From the NCBI GenBank assembly GCA_963702435.1, contig CAVPCR010000002.1, positions 352,001 to 416,000 of the forward strand: 64,000 nt of DNA. The letters are read 5' to 3'. The position numbers were made by a program, and so were the translations under genes. The notes below the pieces were generated by a model. It saw only the letters and a program-made list of their open reading frames with translations, searched no databases and had not been told where the DNA came from. Every line of letters begins with the position of its first letter. Position 1 is the stretch's first letter. The DNA is from Candidatus Eiseniibacteriota bacterium (lineage in GTDB: Bacteria; Eisenbacteria; RBG-16-71-46; CAVPCR01). Shown piece by piece: positions 52,145 to 61,744 of the stretch.

Positions 52145-54643
52145 ATGAAGCTCCTCCAGCTGATCAAAACCAGCCGCGATGTGGAGAAGCTCAAGCAATC
52201 GCGGAACCTGTCGGCCGACGAGCTGGCTCGCGTTGAGGCCAACCTCCTGGCCCAGGGATCAGCCAGCATCCAGCCGCTGATCGAGTGCCTGGCCCACGGC
52301 GATGCCCGCGGGCCCGCGATCGCCCTGCTCGGGAAGCTGGCTGACGCCGGCACGCTGCCGATCTATGTGCGCGCTTTGACCTCGGCCAACCCGGTCGTGG
52401 TGTCAGGCGTGGCGCGGGCTCTCGAGCAGAGCACCGCGTACGATCCCCGCCTTCTCCTCGAGTACGTCAGCGATCCAGCGGCCCCGCTCGGCACCCTCGA
52501 GTCGATCCTGTCGGCCCACGTCACCAAGTTGGGACCGTCCGCGCTCATCGACGTCCTCGTCGCACCGGAGACACGCAAGGAGTCGCGCGCAGTCGCCTTC
52601 CGCCTCCTCGAGCGGGTGGCCGATCGCGCGAACTCCGCGCGGCTCCTCCCGCTGCTTGCGCACGATGACTGGTGGATGCGTGCTTCCGCCGCCAGGCTCC
52701 TATCCGGCTTCCCATCCGACGCCGCGATCGAGAAGATCACCGCCCTCCTCGGCGACAGCCATCGGGGCGTGCGGCTCGAAGCGGCCAAGGCGCTCGTGGC
52801 CGCGAAGGCGCACCAGGCAGTACCAGCCCTGGCCGCAGTCCTCCGCGACCCTGACTTGAAGGTCCAGACTGCGGCGATCGACGCTCTCATCGCCTTGGGC
52901 GATGCTTCCTCGGTACCGTGCCTGCTTGACGTCCTCCGCGACGAGTCCGAGTACGTGCGGCGGGCGGCGGTCGAGGTCTTGAACCAGGTGGCGACGACCG
53001 AAGCGATCCAGGATCTCGTCCGCGCGTTGCGCGACGAGGACTGGTGGGTGCGGGTGCGCGCCGCCGACGCGCTCGGCACTCTGGGCGGCGAGAAGGTCGT
53101 GGAGGCCGTGTGCGGGCTCCTGGCCGACCCCGACGACTTCGTGCGCCGCTACGCGATCGAGGTCCTCAACTCGGTGCCCAGCCAGCGCGCCGTGGGCCCG
53201 CTCATCGGGGCGCTCGACGATCTGGACTGGTGGGTGCGTGAGCGCTCGATCGACGCCCTGGGCAAGACCAAGGACCCGCGCGCCATCGATCCGCTCGTCG
53301 AGATGGTCCAGCGCGACAGCACGCTCGCCACCCTGTGCACACACGCGCTGGCCGAGATCGGGGAGCCGCAGGCGATCGAGAGCCTCTGTGCCCTCGCCCA
53401 CTCCGAGCGCCAGGAGGTCCGCGCGGCCGCGGTGGACGCTCTCCGACCGCTGCCGTTGAGCGGACTCGATCCCGAGCTCCGCTCCCTCATCGGGCAGGCG
53501 GTGGGGCAAGACGGCGCCGCCGACGCCAGCAACATCCCGCTGCGGGTCGAGAGCAGACGATCCGGATTGGGGCCGGAAGCCGGCCGCACCCCCGCTCCGG
53601 CCAGCGGCCGCACGCCCACCCCCGGCTCCCCCCCCGGCGTGCCCCGTCCGACGGCGAGCCTCCTCGAGCTGTCGGCCCCGCATCAGCACGCGGGCCAGAC
53701 CGGCCGCATGGACCAGACGGCCGGCGGCGGCCACCTTCTCGATCAGCCAGAGGGGCGGCCGGGGCGGCGAGAGCGGGCGGACTTCTACGATCTGGTTCCC
53801 GAGACCATCCTGCTCAATCGCTACCGCGTTCTGCGCACGATCGGCAAGGGCGGATTCGGGGTCGTCTATCTCGTTCATGACTCGGCCATTCGCGACGAGA
53901 CGATCCTCAAGGTCCTCAATCCACAGCTCTCGACCGATGAGCTGGCGATCATGCGCTTCGTCCGCGAGCTCAAGCTGTCACGCAAGATCACGCACAAGAA
54001 CGTGATCCGCATTCATGACCTCCTGGATCTGGGGGGCGCCATGGCCGTGTCCATGGAGTACTTCCCGGGTCAGGATCTGGGGAAGATCCTGCAGCAGGAG
54101 GGCATGATGAACATCGACCGTGCCCTCGTCGTCCTGGCGCAGGTCTGCGAGGGGCTAGCCGCAGCCCACGCCGCCGGAGTCATCCACCGCGATGTCAAAC
54201 CGGCCAACATCCTGGTGGGAAAGGACGACACGGTCAAGATCGTCGATTTCGGTCTGGCTTCGGCCCGGCAGCAAATCGGGTCTCGACTGACCAAGAGCGG
54301 CCTTCTGGTCGGGACTCCGGAGTACATGGCACCGGAGCAGATCAGCCACGGTGTCGTCGATCCGCGCACCGACGTCTACTCGGTCGGCATCCTCTCGTAC
54401 GAGCTCCTGGCCGGCCGTCAGCCCTACCGTGGAGAAACCGCGGTTCAGACCCTGTTCCAGCACCTCGAGGGCACCGCCGATCCGCTGAGCAGCATCCGCC
54501 AGGGGATCTCCACGGATCTCGAAGCGCTCGTGGTCAAGGCGATGGCACGGGAGCCGGTCGATCGCTATCAAAGCGCGGACGATCTCCGCCGCGCCATCCT
54601 CGCCGTTCATGCCACAGCCGGCGAGCCCGCTCCCGATGGCTAG
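52145..54643 (+). CDS. HEAT-repeat + Hanks-type Ser/Thr protein kinase
   Basis: Roughly ten HEAT/PBS-lyase repeats (DxDWWVRxxAxxALG type), Pro-rich linker, GKGGFG, HRDVKPAN, DFG, GTPEYMAPE, DVYSVG; no TM. Confidence 0.92.
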   Translation: MKLLQLIKTSRDVEKLKQSRNLSADELARVEANLLAQGSASIQPLIECLAHGDARGPAIALLGKLADAGTLPIYVRALTSANPVVVSGVARALEQSTAYDPRLLLEYVSDPAAPLGTLESILSAHVTKLGPSALIDVLVAPETRKESRAVAFRLLERVADRANSARLLPLLAHDDWWMRASAARLLSGFPSDAAIEKITALLGDSHRGVRLEAAKALVAAKAHQAVPALAAVLRDPDLKVQTAAIDALIALGDASSVPCLLDVLRDESEYVRRAAVEVLNQVATTEAIQDLVRALRDEDWWVRVRAADALGTLGGEKVVEAVCGLLADPDDFVRRYAIEVLNSVPSQRAVGPLIGALDDLDWWVRERSIDALGKTKDPRAIDPLVEMVQRDSTLATLCTHALAEIGEPQAIESLCALAHSERQEVRAAAVDALRPLPLSGLDPELRSLIGQAVGQDGAADASNIPLRVESRRSGLGPEAGRTPAPASGRTPTPGSPPGVPRPTASLLELSAPHQHAGQTGRMDQTAGGGHLLDQPEGRPGRRERADFYDLVPETILLNRYRVLRTIGKGGFGVVYLVHDSAIRDETILKVLNPQLSTDELAIMRFVRELKLSRKITHKNVIRIHDLLDLGGAMAVSMEYFPGQDLGKILQQEGMMNIDRALVVLAQVCEGLAAAHAAGVIHRDVKPANILVGKDDTVKIVDFGLASARQQIGSRLTKSGLLVGTPEYMAPEQISHGVVDPRTDVYSVGILSYELLAGRQPYRGETAVQTLFQHLEGTADPLSSIRQGISTDLEALVVKAMAREPVDRYQSADDLRRAILAVHATAGEPAPDG

Positions 54644-55757
54644 AATCGACGCCTTCTTGCAGCTCGCCCGCGAGCAAGGGTGCTCCGACATCCACTTCTC
54701 GGTCGGGCTGCCGCCGCTGGTGCGGATGGACGGGCAACTCGCTCCGCTCAAGTACCGCGAGCTCAGCGCGGAAGAGACGCAGGCGACGCTCCACGAGATC
54801 CTGGACGACCGCCGGCGCGACGAACTGGCCCGGCGCGGTGCCGTCGACATGTCCTACCTCGTACCGGGGGTCGGCCGCTTCCGCATCAACATCTTTCGCA
54901 AGCACACGGGATGGGCCGCTGTCTGCCGCGTCTTGCCCGACCTCATTCCCAAGCTCTCCGAGCTCGGACTCCCCGCCGTGGTCCAGGATTTCGCCACGCT
55001 CAACAGCGGGCTCGTTCTGGTCACCGGGGGCACCGGGTGCGGGAAGTCGACCACGCTCGCGGCAATGATTGGCGCGATGAACCTCTCCCGTACTGCAACA
55101 ATCGTCACGCTCGAGGATCCGGTCGAGTTCCTGCACGAGTGCAAGGAATGTCAGATCGTCCAGCGTGAAGTGGGAACCGACGTCCGTTCCTTTGCCGAGG
55201 GGCTCAGGTCCGCTCTGCGGCAGGATCCCGACGTGATCATGGTCGGCGAGCTCCGGGATTCCGAGTCAGTCGCCCTGGCGATCGAGGCCTCGGAGACCGG
55301 TCATCTGGTCCTTGGCACTCTGCACACGCGCGGGGCCTATCAGACCATCCACCGCCTCATCGACCTCTTCCCCGCCGAGGGGCAGAACCAGATCGCGCAT
55401 ACGCTCGCCGACAACCTGCGCGCAGCCGTCAGCCTGGAGCTGGTGCGCGTCGCCGACGGCCGCGGGCGGCGGGCGGTGGCCGAGATCCTGGTCGTGAATC
55501 CGGCCGTGGCCCAGCTCATCCGGGAGCGGAAGACCTTCCAGCTGCCCGGCGTCATGGTCACCGGGCGGCGGGTCGGCATGCAGCTCATGGATCAAGCCCT
55601 GCTCACCCTCGTGCAGTCGGGTGACCTCGACCCCGATGAAGCATTCCTCCGCGCGACCGACAAGACCGATTTCGCCCGCTATGTGACCCGGTCCGAGCTG
55701 CTGAACCTGATCGACGCTCCCGCCCAGAGCGCGGGACCGCAGCTGGTGAAATCGTGA
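54636..55757 (+). CDS. pilT: PilT/PilU family ATPase (copy 1)
   Basis: SDIH, GRFRINIF, GGTGCGKST, TLEDPVE, LRQDPDVIMVGELRD, ETGHLVLGTLHT, GMQLMD; overlaps the kinase stop. Confidence 0.92.
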   Translation: MARIDAFLQLAREQGCSDIHFSVGLPPLVRMDGQLAPLKYRELSAEETQATLHEILDDRRRDELARRGAVDMSYLVPGVGRFRINIFRKHTGWAAVCRVLPDLIPKLSELGLPAVVQDFATLNSGLVLVTGGTGCGKSTTLAAMIGAMNLSRTATIVTLEDPVEFLHECKECQIVQREVGTDVRSFAEGLRSALRQDPDVIMVGELRDSESVALAIEASETGHLVLGTLHTRGAYQTIHRLIDLFPAEGQNQIAHTLADNLRAAVSLELVRVADGRGRRAVAEILVVNPAVAQLIRERKTFQLPGVMVTGRRVGMQLMDQALLTLVQSGDLDPDEAFLRATDKTDFARYVTRSELLNLIDAPAQSAGPQLVKS

Positions 55758-56824
55758 ACCGCATCAACTCTTTCCTCGAGCTCGTGGTCAACCAGGGCGG
55801 ATCCGACCTGCACCTGGTCTCGGGCGAACCGCCCCGGGTTCGCATCCACGGCGTCCTCTCGACCGTGCGCTTCCGCACGCTCTCGATCGAGGACATGCAG
55901 CGATTCCTCGAGGAGATCATGAACGACGACTTGAAACGTCGGTTCAACGAGCTCCTGGCGGTGGATTTCGCCTATGAGGTCCCAGCGCTCGGTCGGTTCC
56001 GGGTCAATGTCTATCGTCACCACCGCGGCATCGGCGCGGCGCTGCGCGCCATTCCGCCGCAAATCCCGGCCCTGGACGATCTCGGACTCCCCGCCGCGGT
56101 GAAGTCGGTGCTGGCTCAACGCAAGGGGCTCGCCCTGGTCACCGGTCCGACCGGCTCCGGTAAGTCAACGACCCTCGCCGCCCTGGTCGACAGCATCAAC
56201 CGGAGCGGCAAGGGGCACATCATCACGATCGAGGACCCGATCGAGTTCATCCACCATTACCATCAGTGCGTGATCAGCCAGCGCGAAATCGGAGTGCATG
56301 CGCCGAGCTTTGCCGAGGCACTGCGCAGCGCCGTCCGCGAGGACCCCGACGTGATCATGGTGGGCGAGCTCCGCGACCTCGAGTCGATCTCACTGGCCTT
56401 GACCGCTGCCGAGACGGGGATCCAGATTCTGGCCACCCTGCATACGAAGAGTGCCATCGGTACCATCTCCCGCATCGTGAACGTCTTCCCGGAGCAGCGG
56501 CAGGAGCTGGTTCGACATATGCTCGCGGACGGGCTCCACATGAGCATCTCGCAGCAGCTCGTGCGCAGGGCGGATCAGGCCGGGCGGGTGGCGGCGACCG
56601 AGGTACTCATCAACTCGCCGGCCGCGGCGACCCTCATCCGCGCGGGCCAGAGCCACAAGCTGACGAACGTCATCCAGTCCGCCCGCCGGGCGGGGATGCA
56701 GACCATGGACGGCACGCTCAAGGACTTGTTGCAGCGGAAGGTCATCACGGCCGAGGAGGCCTACGAGCACGCCATCGATCGGAGCTTGTTCGAGCGGCTC
56801 GTCGGCCGGGCGGAAGCCGCCTAG
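55754..56824 (+). CDS. pilT: PilT/PilU family ATPase (copy 2)
   Basis: SDLH, GRFRVNVY, GPTGSGKST, TIEDPIE, REDPDVIMVGELRD, TLHT, GMQTMD; GTGA overlap with copy 1. Confidence 0.92.
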   Translation: MNRINSFLELVVNQGGSDLHLVSGEPPRVRIHGVLSTVRFRTLSIEDMQRFLEEIMNDDLKRRFNELLAVDFAYEVPALGRFRVNVYRHHRGIGAALRAIPPQIPALDDLGLPAAVKSVLAQRKGLALVTGPTGSGKSTTLAALVDSINRSGKGHIITIEDPIEFIHHYHQCVISQREIGVHAPSFAEALRSAVREDPDVIMVGELRDLESISLALTAAETGIQILATLHTKSAIGTISRIVNVFPEQRQELVRHMLADGLHMSISQQLVRRADQAGRVAATEVLINSPAAATLIRAGQSHKLTNVIQSARRAGMQTMDGTLKDLLQRKVITAEEAYEHAIDRSLFERLVGRAEAA

Positions 56825-56833
56825 CACAGCCTC

Positions 56834-58090
56834 CTAGGCCGCCTCGTTCGTCCGCTCCGGGACCGCCGCCACCGCGGTCGGGGCCGCCGCATAGACCGTG
56901 GAGACGATGCGCGGCAGAGCCCGCTTCAAGGTCGCGATCACATCCGGATCCCAATCCCGCCCGCTCCCGCGCTCGAGGATCTCCAGCACCTCGCTGAGCG
57001 GCTTCGCCTGCTTGTAGACGCGCTTGGAGATCAGGGCATCGAAGGCGTCCGCCACCGAGATGATGCGCGACTCGACGGGGATGTCTTCTCCGGCGAGCCG
57101 GTAGTAGCCCGACCCATTCATCTTCTCGTGATGGTAGGCCGCGAGCAGCGGGACGTCCTTGAGATGAGCGGGATAGACGATGCGGTCTAGGATGTTCTGC
57201 GTAAGATCCGCATGGTGAGACATCTCCTTCCGCTCGCCGTCGGACAGCTGGGCGGGCTTCAACAGCACCGCGTCCCGCACCCCCTGCTTGCCGAGGTCGT
57301 GGAGGAGGGCCGCGACCGAGAGCGCCTCGAGCTGCGTGCCGACGAGACCGCGATCCTGGCCCAGGATCACGGCCACCTTCTGCACCCGCTCCGAGTGCCG
57401 GGCGGTCTCCGGGTCCTTGAGGGAGAGCGAGTGGACGAGGGCGTTGATGGTCGATTCGAAGGCGCGCACCTGGTCCTGATTGAGACGATGGTTGTCCAGG
57501 ACCACGGCCACGTAGTTGGCGAATACCGCCATGCGGTCGACGTCCTTGCCGGTGAACATCCCGCTACCGGGCCGCCGGACATCGAGCTCGATGATGCCGA
57601 ATGCGTCGTTCACGCTGCACAGGGGCGCGCAGATGGCGTTGGAGATCCGGGAGAGAACGAGGCTGTCCGACTTGATCGCCGCCCCCTGAGAGCGGGAGTA
57701 GAGGAGAGACACTCCTTCGGTGATGACCTTGTTGACCAGGGTCGTGCTGAGCGGTATGGCCGGCTCTTCACCCTCACGCGACCGTGCGCAGAGCACCTTG
57801 AGCTCGGAGCTGTCAGGCTGCCGAACGGCCAGCACGAGATGGGTCGCCTGGGGGAACGCCTGGAACGTGTACTTGCTGATGACCGCGAGAAGCTCCGACT
57901 CGTTGCTCCGCACGGCGGCCGTCTCGCGCACGAAATTGAGGAAGATGCTGGCGGAACGGGCCTCGGCGGCGAAGAGGTCGGCCTGGAGATGATCGAGATC
58001 CGACAGGGAGCGCGAGTGGAGGACGGTGAGGGGCGAAGCGTCCTCGCCGGCGGGAAAGCGACTCTCGGTGTCGGGGGTCTGGCTGCTCAT
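56834..58090 (-). CDS. GAF + HD-GYP-type phosphohydrolase
   Basis: GAF (LSTTLVNKVITEG...AICAPL...FTGKD), then DPETARHS, HDLGK, HHEKMNGSGYY, VADAFDALISKRVYK. Confidence 0.88.
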   Translation of the reverse strand: MSSQTPDTESRFPAGEDASPLTVLHSRSLSDLDHLQADLFAAEARSASIFLNFVRETAAVRSNESELLAVISKYTFQAFPQATHLVLAVRQPDSSELKVLCARSREGEEPAIPLSTTLVNKVITEGVSLLYSRSQGAAIKSDSLVLSRISNAICAPLCSVNDAFGIIELDVRRPGSGMFTGKDVDRMAVFANYVAVVLDNHRLNQDQVRAFESTINALVHSLSLKDPETARHSERVQKVAVILGQDRGLVGTQLEALSVAALLHDLGKQGVRDAVLLKPAQLSDGERKEMSHHADLTQNILDRIVYPAHLKDVPLLAAYHHEKMNGSGYYRLAGEDIPVESRIISVADAFDALISKRVYKQAKPLSEVLEILERGSGRDWDPDVIATLKRALPRIVSTVYAAAPTAVAAVPERTNEAA

Positions 58091-58349
58091 GGCGTCTGCT
58101 CTGCCTCCGGGACACACTGACGACCACCACGGCGGGCCGGCCGCCAACCCCCGCGGCGCAGTGCGGTCCCCAGGGATATCGACGGCCCCGGCGGCAAGGA
58201 TGAGTCCTTTTGCCACTCGCGCCGCCTCCCCCAGCCACCGTCACTGACCGCCACCGGATTGTGCTCAGACCGGGTTTCGATCCGGCCGATCACGAGGGGA
58301 GCAGGAGGGGGGCCGCCCCCGGTCCCATTTCAGATCGAGAGGGTGTGTC

Positions 58350-60554
58350 GTGACCTTGAACATGTGGTCCTTGCGGGGCTATGCCGCACTTCTCGTCGGC
58401 TGCGGCCTGGCCGTGCTGGCCGGGCTCAGTGGGAGCCTCGGGTCCTTCAACTGGGATCCCACCTCCCGCGAGGGACTCCTCCTCTGGGCCACGATGGCCG
58501 CGATTGCCGCCATCTCGCCGATTCCACTGCCGTGGCGGAACTCACGGTTCAGCTGGACCTCGGCGGTAGACCTGGGTGCCATCCTGGTCTTCGGTCCAGC
58601 GGTCGCCTGCTGGTTCGCTGTCTTCTCCCGCCTGAGTGCGGCCGCTGCTCGCCGCTGGGAGTCCGTGGCCGACACCGCGCTCAACGTCGGCCGCGCGATC
58701 TGCGGCATCGGCGTGGCCGGAGCCATCTACGCGAGCATGGGCGGCAAGTTCGGCAGCGAGCTGTTCATCGATTACGCGCATCTGGTCCCGATCGCGGCCT
58801 GCGGGTTGACCTACACTCTGGCGACAACGGTGCTGGCGGTTCCGGTCCGCGCAGCGCGGAAGCAGATCGCGGTCCGCCAGGCAATGCTCACCCAGGTGCG
58901 GTCGAACGGCGTCCTCGATCTCATCGTGCTGCCTTTCGGCGCGCTCCTCGCGGTCACGCAGATTCGCATTGGCTCCGCCGCAGTGGCCCTCTTTCTCATC
59001 GCCCTCCTGCTCGCCCGCTATGTCCTGGTGCTGTGGCTCCGGGCGCAACGGGACCACCTCGCGTTCACGCGCACGCTGATGACTGCCGTGGACGGCGCCG
59101 ATCCGCTCACCCGCGGCCACTCTCTCCGCGTCTCGAGGATGTGCGTTCAGATCGGCCGCAAGATGGGACTGTCGAAGCACGAGGTGGCACGGCTCGAGTA
59201 CGCCGCTCTCCTCCACGACATCGGCCGCACCGCCATCCGCCGCGAGGTCCTGGTCAAGTCCGGCAAGCTGACGCCGGGCGAGTTCGTGTCCGTGCAGGCG
59301 CATCCCCGTTTCTCGCGCGACGTGCTCGAGGGCCTGGCTTTCTACAAGGGGGCTGCGGAGATCGTCCATTGCCACCATGAGCAGCCGGACGGCAAGGGCT
59401 ATCCACGCGGCCTCACGGCTGACAAGATCCCGCTCGGGAGCCGCATCATCATGGTCGTCGCCGCCTTTGACGCCTTGACCTCGGATCGCCCCTACCGGCG
59501 GGGTCTCGAACCCGAGACGGCGTTCGAGGAGCTGCTCGGCCATACGGGGACACAGTTCTTTCCCGAGATCGTCGAGCTCCTCATCCATCTCTACTCGACG
59601 GGCGAACTATTCGTCGGCTTCGACGCCAAGGAGCTCGAGTTGCTGACCGACGAGGGCGGATCGCGGGCCCTGGCAGCCTACATGGAGCGCCGGAAGGAAG
59701 CCCCGGCGGTTCTCGAGAAGTGCGGAGTGGACATCGAGGAGACCGCGGGGGGGGCGGACTCCGCCCCGCTCGAGATGCCGCCGCAGCACGTGCGCGCCGA
59801 GTTCTCCCTGGACCAGACCGGCACCCTCAAGCTCGTGGTGGCCGCAGCCAGTGATCTCGGCTGCGTGCGCATGAACAACGAGGACTCCTTCGGCGTCTTC
59901 CCCAATCGCGCCGCGCCGGGGGGTCTCCTGGTCGTCGCCGATGGCATGGGCGGCGCCGCAGCCGGCGAGGTCGCGAGCAGGATGGCCGTTGATCGCATCC
60001 GCGACGGGTTTGCGGAAACCCTGCCCCGGAGCGGGGGACGCGGGGCCCTGGTCGCAGCGATCGCCGGTGCCAACGGCGCCATCTTCGCGCGGGCGCGAAA
60101 GGAGAGCCACCTCAGCGGGATGGGCACCACCTGCGCGGCGGCGGCAATAGTCGGGAACAAGCTCTTCCATGCTCACGTCGGCGACAGCCGCGTGTATCTG
60201 ATCGCCGGCGACAGTTTGGCGCTGCTCACGCAGGACCACACGGTGACTGCCGAGCTCGGGCGCGTGGCCGGGGGCGGGCGCGTGGCGACCGAGATGAAGC
60301 ATGTGCTGACCCGCTGCCTCGGCAATGCGGCCGGGGTCGAGGTGGACGCCAGCGATGAACCGATCGACCTGGCCCCGGGTGACACCCTCCTCCTCTGCAC
60401 CGACGGGTTGTGGAATCTGGTCACATCCGAGGAAATCCAGGAGATCGCCGCCGGGGCGGACCCCGCAGCAGCCGCGAAGCAGCTGATCGAGCTCGCCCTG
60501 TCCCGAGGCGGCGACGACAACGTGACGGTCCAGGTGGCGCGCGTCGAGGGCTGA
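58350..60554 (+). CDS. Multi-TM sensor + HD-GYP-like domain + PP2C (PrpC/Stp-type) phosphatase fusion
   Basis: About 7 TM segments; DPLTRGHS, HDIGR, HHEQPDGKGYP; then SDLGCVRMNNED, VADGMGG, HVGDSRVY, CTDGL, GGDDNVT. Confidence 0.9.
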   Translation: MTLNMWSLRGYAALLVGCGLAVLAGLSGSLGSFNWDPTSREGLLLWATMAAIAAISPIPLPWRNSRFSWTSAVDLGAILVFGPAVACWFAVFSRLSAAAARRWESVADTALNVGRAICGIGVAGAIYASMGGKFGSELFIDYAHLVPIAACGLTYTLATTVLAVPVRAARKQIAVRQAMLTQVRSNGVLDLIVLPFGALLAVTQIRIGSAAVALFLIALLLARYVLVLWLRAQRDHLAFTRTLMTAVDGADPLTRGHSLRVSRMCVQIGRKMGLSKHEVARLEYAALLHDIGRTAIRREVLVKSGKLTPGEFVSVQAHPRFSRDVLEGLAFYKGAAEIVHCHHEQPDGKGYPRGLTADKIPLGSRIIMVVAAFDALTSDRPYRRGLEPETAFEELLGHTGTQFFPEIVELLIHLYSTGELFVGFDAKELELLTDEGGSRALAAYMERRKEAPAVLEKCGVDIEETAGGADSAPLEMPPQHVRAEFSLDQTGTLKLVVAAASDLGCVRMNNEDSFGVFPNRAAPGGLLVVADGMGGAAAGEVASRMAVDRIRDGFAETLPRSGGRGALVAAIAGANGAIFARARKESHLSGMGTTCAAAAIVGNKLFHAHVGDSRVYLIAGDSLALLTQDHTVTAELGRVAGGGRVATEMKHVLTRCLGNAAGVEVDASDEPIDLAPGDTLLLCTDGLWNLVTSEEIQEIAAGADPAAAAKQLIELALSRGGDDNVTVQVARVEG

Positions 60555-60584
60555 GCAGACGCGAGCGCGGACCCGGAGTTCGCC

Positions 60585-61655
60585 CTACCCTCCCGCCAGG
60601 CGGGCCCGGGCGAGCTGCCGCGCCGCCGCCTCGGTCGTGATCCCCGACTCCTCCGCCAGCGCGAAGATGCGCGTGAGCGTGGCGCCGATCGCGCGCACCT
60701 CGGCAGCGGCCCTCTCCGGCGACCAGCCCATGGCCTCCATGCCGGTGATGGCCATGGCCCCGCCGATGTTCACCGCGAAGTCGGGCGCGTAGAGGATGCC
60801 GCGCGCAGCGAGACGCGCGGCATCCTCCGGAGTTGCGAGCTGATTGTTGGCGGCACCCACCACCGCCCGGGCGCGAAGCCGCCGGATCGTGGGCTGGTCG
60901 AGGATCCCGCCGAGCGCGCACGGTGCGAAGATGTCGCAGGGTGTGTCATAGACCTCGTTCGGGGGAATGATGCGGAGCCCACGCCCACCCGCGAAGCGCA
61001 GCACGCGCGCGGGGTCGACATCGCTCACCGACACGGTGGCGCCCGCCGCGAGGAGGAGTTCGATGAGCGGAGCGCCGGCGCTCCCGGCACCCTGCACGAG
61101 GACGTGCCGGCCGGACAGCGCCTCGCTCCCGTAGAGCCGGCGGCAAGCGGCCTCGATCGCCACGAGGACGCCGAGCGCCGTGGCCGGCGCCGAGCTGCCG
61201 GCCCCGCCGCGCGCCTGGGTGCGCGAGAACACGTATGGCGCTCCGGTCTCGGCGATCACGTCCATGTCGGCGGCAGTCGTGCCCACATCGGGGCCGGTCG
61301 CGAAGAGCCCGCCGAGCGACCGGAGGAGGGCGCCATAGCGGCGGAGGAGGTCCGCCCGGGCCGCGGGGTCCAGCGGGGCACGGGGCGCAATCACCGCCTT
61401 CCCTCCCCCGCGCGGGAAGCCGGCGACCGCATACTTGAGGGTCATGCCCTCGGCGAGACGGAGCGCGTCGGCGATCGCCGCGGTCAGATCGGGATAGGTC
61501 TGGAAACGCGTGCCGCCCGTCGCCGGGCCGAGGCGCGACGAGTGGATGGCAATCACGATCCAGGCGCACGCCGGACGATCGGCATGGACGATCACGGTCT
61601 CGCCGTCCCACGCCGCGAGGAGAGAGTCCAGACCGGCATCACTCCCTGAGTCCAT
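60585..61655 (-). CDS. Leu/Phe/Val dehydrogenase (ELFV family)
   Basis: IAIHSSRLGPATGGTR, GMTLK, GGGKAVI, TGPDVGT, APCALGG, GAANNQL, YAPDFAVNIGG. Confidence 0.92.
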   Translation of the reverse strand: MDSGSDAGLDSLLAAWDGETVIVHADRPACAWIVIAIHSSRLGPATGGTRFQTYPDLTAAIADALRLAEGMTLKYAVAGFPRGGGKAVIAPRAPLDPAARADLLRRYGALLRSLGGLFATGPDVGTTAADMDVIAETGAPYVFSRTQARGGAGSSAPATALGVLVAIEAACRRLYGSEALSGRHVLVQGAGSAGAPLIELLLAAGATVSVSDVDPARVLRFAGGRGLRIIPPNEVYDTPCDIFAPCALGGILDQPTIRRLRARAVVGAANNQLATPEDAARLAARGILYAPDFAVNIGGAMAITGMEAMGWSPERAAAEVRAIGATLTRIFALAEESGITTEAAARQLARARLAGG

Positions 61656-61744
61656 GGCGAGCGGATCGTACTGCCGGCGGCCGCCGCCACCAAGCCCCCG
61701 CCGGCCGGTCCGGCCTCGGCTCGTCGTGCTATGATCTGTCGTCG

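Noticed and set aside
54636..56824. PilT pair as the retraction motor of the Tad pilus in this window
   Set aside because: Tad systems are not known to use PilT, and the loci are more than 30 kb apart with no linking evidence.
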